Assembly: GCA_013166835.1 (NCBI GenBank)
Contig: JABLTI010000036.1
Span: 1 to 39,748 of the forward strand
Direction: 5' to 3'
Source: Promethearchaeati archaeon
Lineage (GTDB): Archaea > Asgardarchaeota > Heimdallarchaeia > JABLTI01
DNA: 39,748 nt
Shown here one piece after another: positions 37,469 to 39,748 of this stretch. Each line of letters begins with the position of its first letter. The first letter of the stretch is position 1. A program made the position numbers and the translations under genes. Under the pieces are notes generated by a model that worked only from the letters and a program-made list of their open reading frames with translations, searched no databases and was not told where the DNA came from.

Positions 37469-37867
37469 TTGAAATCTTTAAGTCTTGGTGGTGTCTGTGC
37501 TGATTTTACCTGTGCGATATGTTGTAAAGATACCAAGATGATGCTTTCATTAAATGATATTGAAAAGATAGAAAAATTAGGATATAAGAAAGACGATTTT
37601 TGTTTTCAGGATGAAGATGGTTTTTTCAAACTTCGTAATGTTACCGGTAACTGCTTCTTTTTAGTGGAAAATAAGTGTCAAATTTATACCGATAGACCAC
37701 AAGGATGTAAATTTTATCCGATAATTTTTGATTTGGATTTAAACAAAACATCTCTTGATGAAGATTGTCCATTAATTCACACAATCTCAGAAAAAACTCT
37801 GCAAAATTTCACTAAGGATCTGAAGAAATTTGTTAGGAATTTACTCAGAGAAAAATCTGACAGTTAA
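37469..37867 (+). CDS. YkgJ-family cysteine cluster (CxxCxxCC) protein
   Basis: C..CAICC, CFFL..KCQIY..RPQGCKFYP, CP. Confidence 0.88.
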   Translation: MKSLSLGGVCADFTCAICCKDTKMMLSLNDIEKIEKLGYKKDDFCFQDEDGFFKLRNVTGNCFFLVENKCQIYTDRPQGCKFYPIIFDLDLNKTSLDEDCPLIHTISEKTLQNFTKDLKKFVRNLLREKSDS

Positions 37868-38631
37868 GGAATTTTTTCTTTTTTGGCTTGCAATTTCTTT
37901 GCCAATTGCATTTCATCTATAGATTCAAGGATTTCAATAGCTTTTGTGTATTCTTTTTCAGCAATTCGATTACAATCAGGATCATCCTTATCCAAGTAGG
38001 TTTGTGCTAATTTCTCATGGGAGTATGCTTTATTCTTTTTAGATAAAGCAATATTCTTTTCCATCTTTGCTTTCTCCTCGAGTAAAGAGTGCTTAGCAAG
38101 CCTATCAAGTTCCTTTTTATCAATTAGGATTTTATCGAGTATCGTAATAATTTTTTCATACAAATTGCTAACTCGATCAAACATATGTATCGCAGTTTCA
38201 AAGTCTGCATCTTTCATTGCTTCAGTACTTAAAACCTCAAAAATTCTCACAGAACTACCAAAGCAAGTTTTTGCTCGATCATAATTTTGTATTAAACTGT
38301 ATCCTGTGCCTGCTTCTTCGAAATTCAGAGCAGAATTTTTTAGCTCATTATTTGTTTCAGCTATTTTTGCTTGTTGTTCAAAACCAACTGCAGCTTTTTT
38401 TACCCCAATCAAGCCTATTGCTTGGTAAAGTCTGTTTATTCTTGTTTCTTTGTCAGGCATTTGTTTCCAGGCGCGAATTGCTGCAATGGCAAACTCAATT
38501 GCTTGTTCTAATTCATTGTTTTGTTGAGCTAAACCAACCAAGTGCTCATATGTCTTTGCTGAGTCCTCCCATCGACTGGCACTGTAATTTGCTTCTGCTT
38601 CTCCTTTTAGTTGGTCAATTTGAGATTTCAT
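37864..38631 (-). CDS. TPR/alpha-SNAP-like helical repeat protein
   Basis: Repeated A..Y/F..A helices: SAKTYEHL, SALNFEEAGTGYSLIQNYDRAKTCF, AEKEYTKAIE. Confidence 0.6.
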   Translation of the reverse strand: MKSQIDQLKGEAEANYSASRWEDSAKTYEHLVGLAQQNNELEQAIEFAIAAIRAWKQMPDKETRINRLYQAIGLIGVKKAAVGFEQQAKIAETNNELKNSALNFEEAGTGYSLIQNYDRAKTCFGSSVRIFEVLSTEAMKDADFETAIHMFDRVSNLYEKIITILDKILIDKKELDRLAKHSLLEEKAKMEKNIALSKKNKAYSHEKLAQTYLDKDDPDCNRIAEKEYTKAIEILESIDEMQLAKKLQAKKEKIP

Positions 38632-38759
38632 TCGAAAACAAGTCCGCTTTAGTTTTTACAATATTTGTTTAACTAATTAAGCTTCAAAAACTCTATGGTT
38701 ATGGTAAATTTGTTTAAAATAAAGAAAATAAGGAAAGAAGTAATATTTAGAAACCAGAA

Positions 38760-39748
38760 TTATGTTTCATCTGGTTCCGTTTCTTCTTCCGTTTCATATT
38801 CTTCTAAATCGATTTCTTCTTCTGGTTCTTCTTCCTCAATGTCTTCAACTGCATCTTCAGTTTTCGGAGTTCTTATTACTCTAATAAAGATGAATACTAG
38901 CGCTAGAACACCTATAACAATTGTAATTACAAATGTAATAATGTATGGTATTGGTACATCAAATGGAACGGCTTCTCGAGGATTGATTTCTAAAAAGATT
39001 TCCTGTGTTATATTGAAGCCATATCCTCTTTTGTGGGCTACGATATTTACGCTAGCAAATCCCCTCTTTAGATTACTCGTATTAATTACGCCTTCGTAAT
39101 GGGAGTTGTTTATTTGTGTCATGTAAAATGAATCTCTGATTCGCAAAGCACTCCAAATTCTTAATGTTACATTGATGTCATCAATTACAGAACCATTTTG
39201 AGCATAATATGATACACTACTATTAATTAACTCACCAATTTTCGCATCGTAAGCACTGACATAATAATCATCGTTACGAAGTACTGCATACATTTTCGCA
39301 ACCCATTGTAAAGCTCTTTGGAAGAATATATCATTAACCTCGTATCTTCCGATCATTGTATTATTTAGGATTTCAGCAGATCCAATACCTAAAATTCTTG
39401 AACCAAAAGATGTTTCAACGGCAGCAATTAAGGAGTTGTTCAATCCAGTTGTTTCATTTTGCCAGAAAATTGTATCACCATTTTTATCCGCAAATATTGA
39501 TTCATTCCCATAAAATAGTGAATAGCTGTCAATTATTTCATCACTATCTGTTAGATTGCTTTCTTCAGTATATCCTGTAATCCATGATGCATTTTGTTCT
39601 AGAATAGTTCCAGTGTACTTTATTTTGGTTATGATTTCATCTGTAAGTGGAACATATTGATTTTCATTGATCATTGGGTGATCTAGGAAATCAGTTGAGA
39701 AGAATGATGATAATGTATTATTCTCTCCATCAGCAGCTGGGAGAGTTG
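38760..39748 (-). CDS. Large surface protein, C-terminal part (TM anchor plus acidic tail); 5' end lies outside the window
   Basis: Frame open to the window edge; many N-x-S/T sequons, C-terminal TM and Glu-rich tail. Confidence 0.75.
   Translation of the reverse strand, partial: TLPAADGENNTLSSFFSTDFLDHPMINENQYVPLTDEIITKIKYTGTILEQNASWITGYTEESNLTDSDEIIDSYSLFYGNESIFADKNGDTIFWQNETTGLNNSLIAAVETSFGSRILGIGSAEILNNTMIGRYEVNDIFFQRALQWVAKMYAVLRNDDYYVSAYDAKIGELINSSVSYYAQNGSVIDDINVTLRIWSALRIRDSFYMTQINNSHYEGVINTSNLKRGFASVNIVAHKRGYGFNITQEIFLEINPREAVPFDVPIPYIITFVITIVIGVLALVFIFIRVIRTPKTEDAVEDIEEEEPEEEIDLEEYETEEETEPDET

Overview
AT-rich, gene-dense archaeal DNA, most likely from an Asgard archaeon (Heimdallarchaeia-like). 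This is inferred from archaeal core genes (TFS, Rpo11, Csl4, PCNA, GINS15, eS27, EndoQ, tRNAs with bulge-helix-bulge (BHB) introns) alongside many eukaryotic-signature-type proteins. The window holds about 42 CDS (one frameshifted) and 3 tRNAs: Ala-TGC, Lys-TTT with a non-canonical 53/54 intron, and Arg-TCG with a canonical intron. The most notable region is 3.1-13.7 kb. It encodes a triple longin/roadblock protein, a Rag/Arf-like GTPase fused to a roadblock domain, a longin-transmembrane protein, a wHTH-Yip1 fusion, two free roadblock proteins and a DENN-like protein, together resembling a proto-Rag/Ragulator/DENN membrane-signalling module. Other oddities are a standalone NrdD glycyl-radical C-terminal mini-protein, a HEAT-acidic linker-Rab fusion with degenerate switch motifs, a duplicated structured intergenic element (candidate ncRNA) at 21.9-22.2 kb, a divergent bacterial-type PlsY, and an unannotated 39-aa membrane microprotein. 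No CRISPR array, rRNA or transposase was seen. All domain calls are by-eye motif recognition, not database searches.
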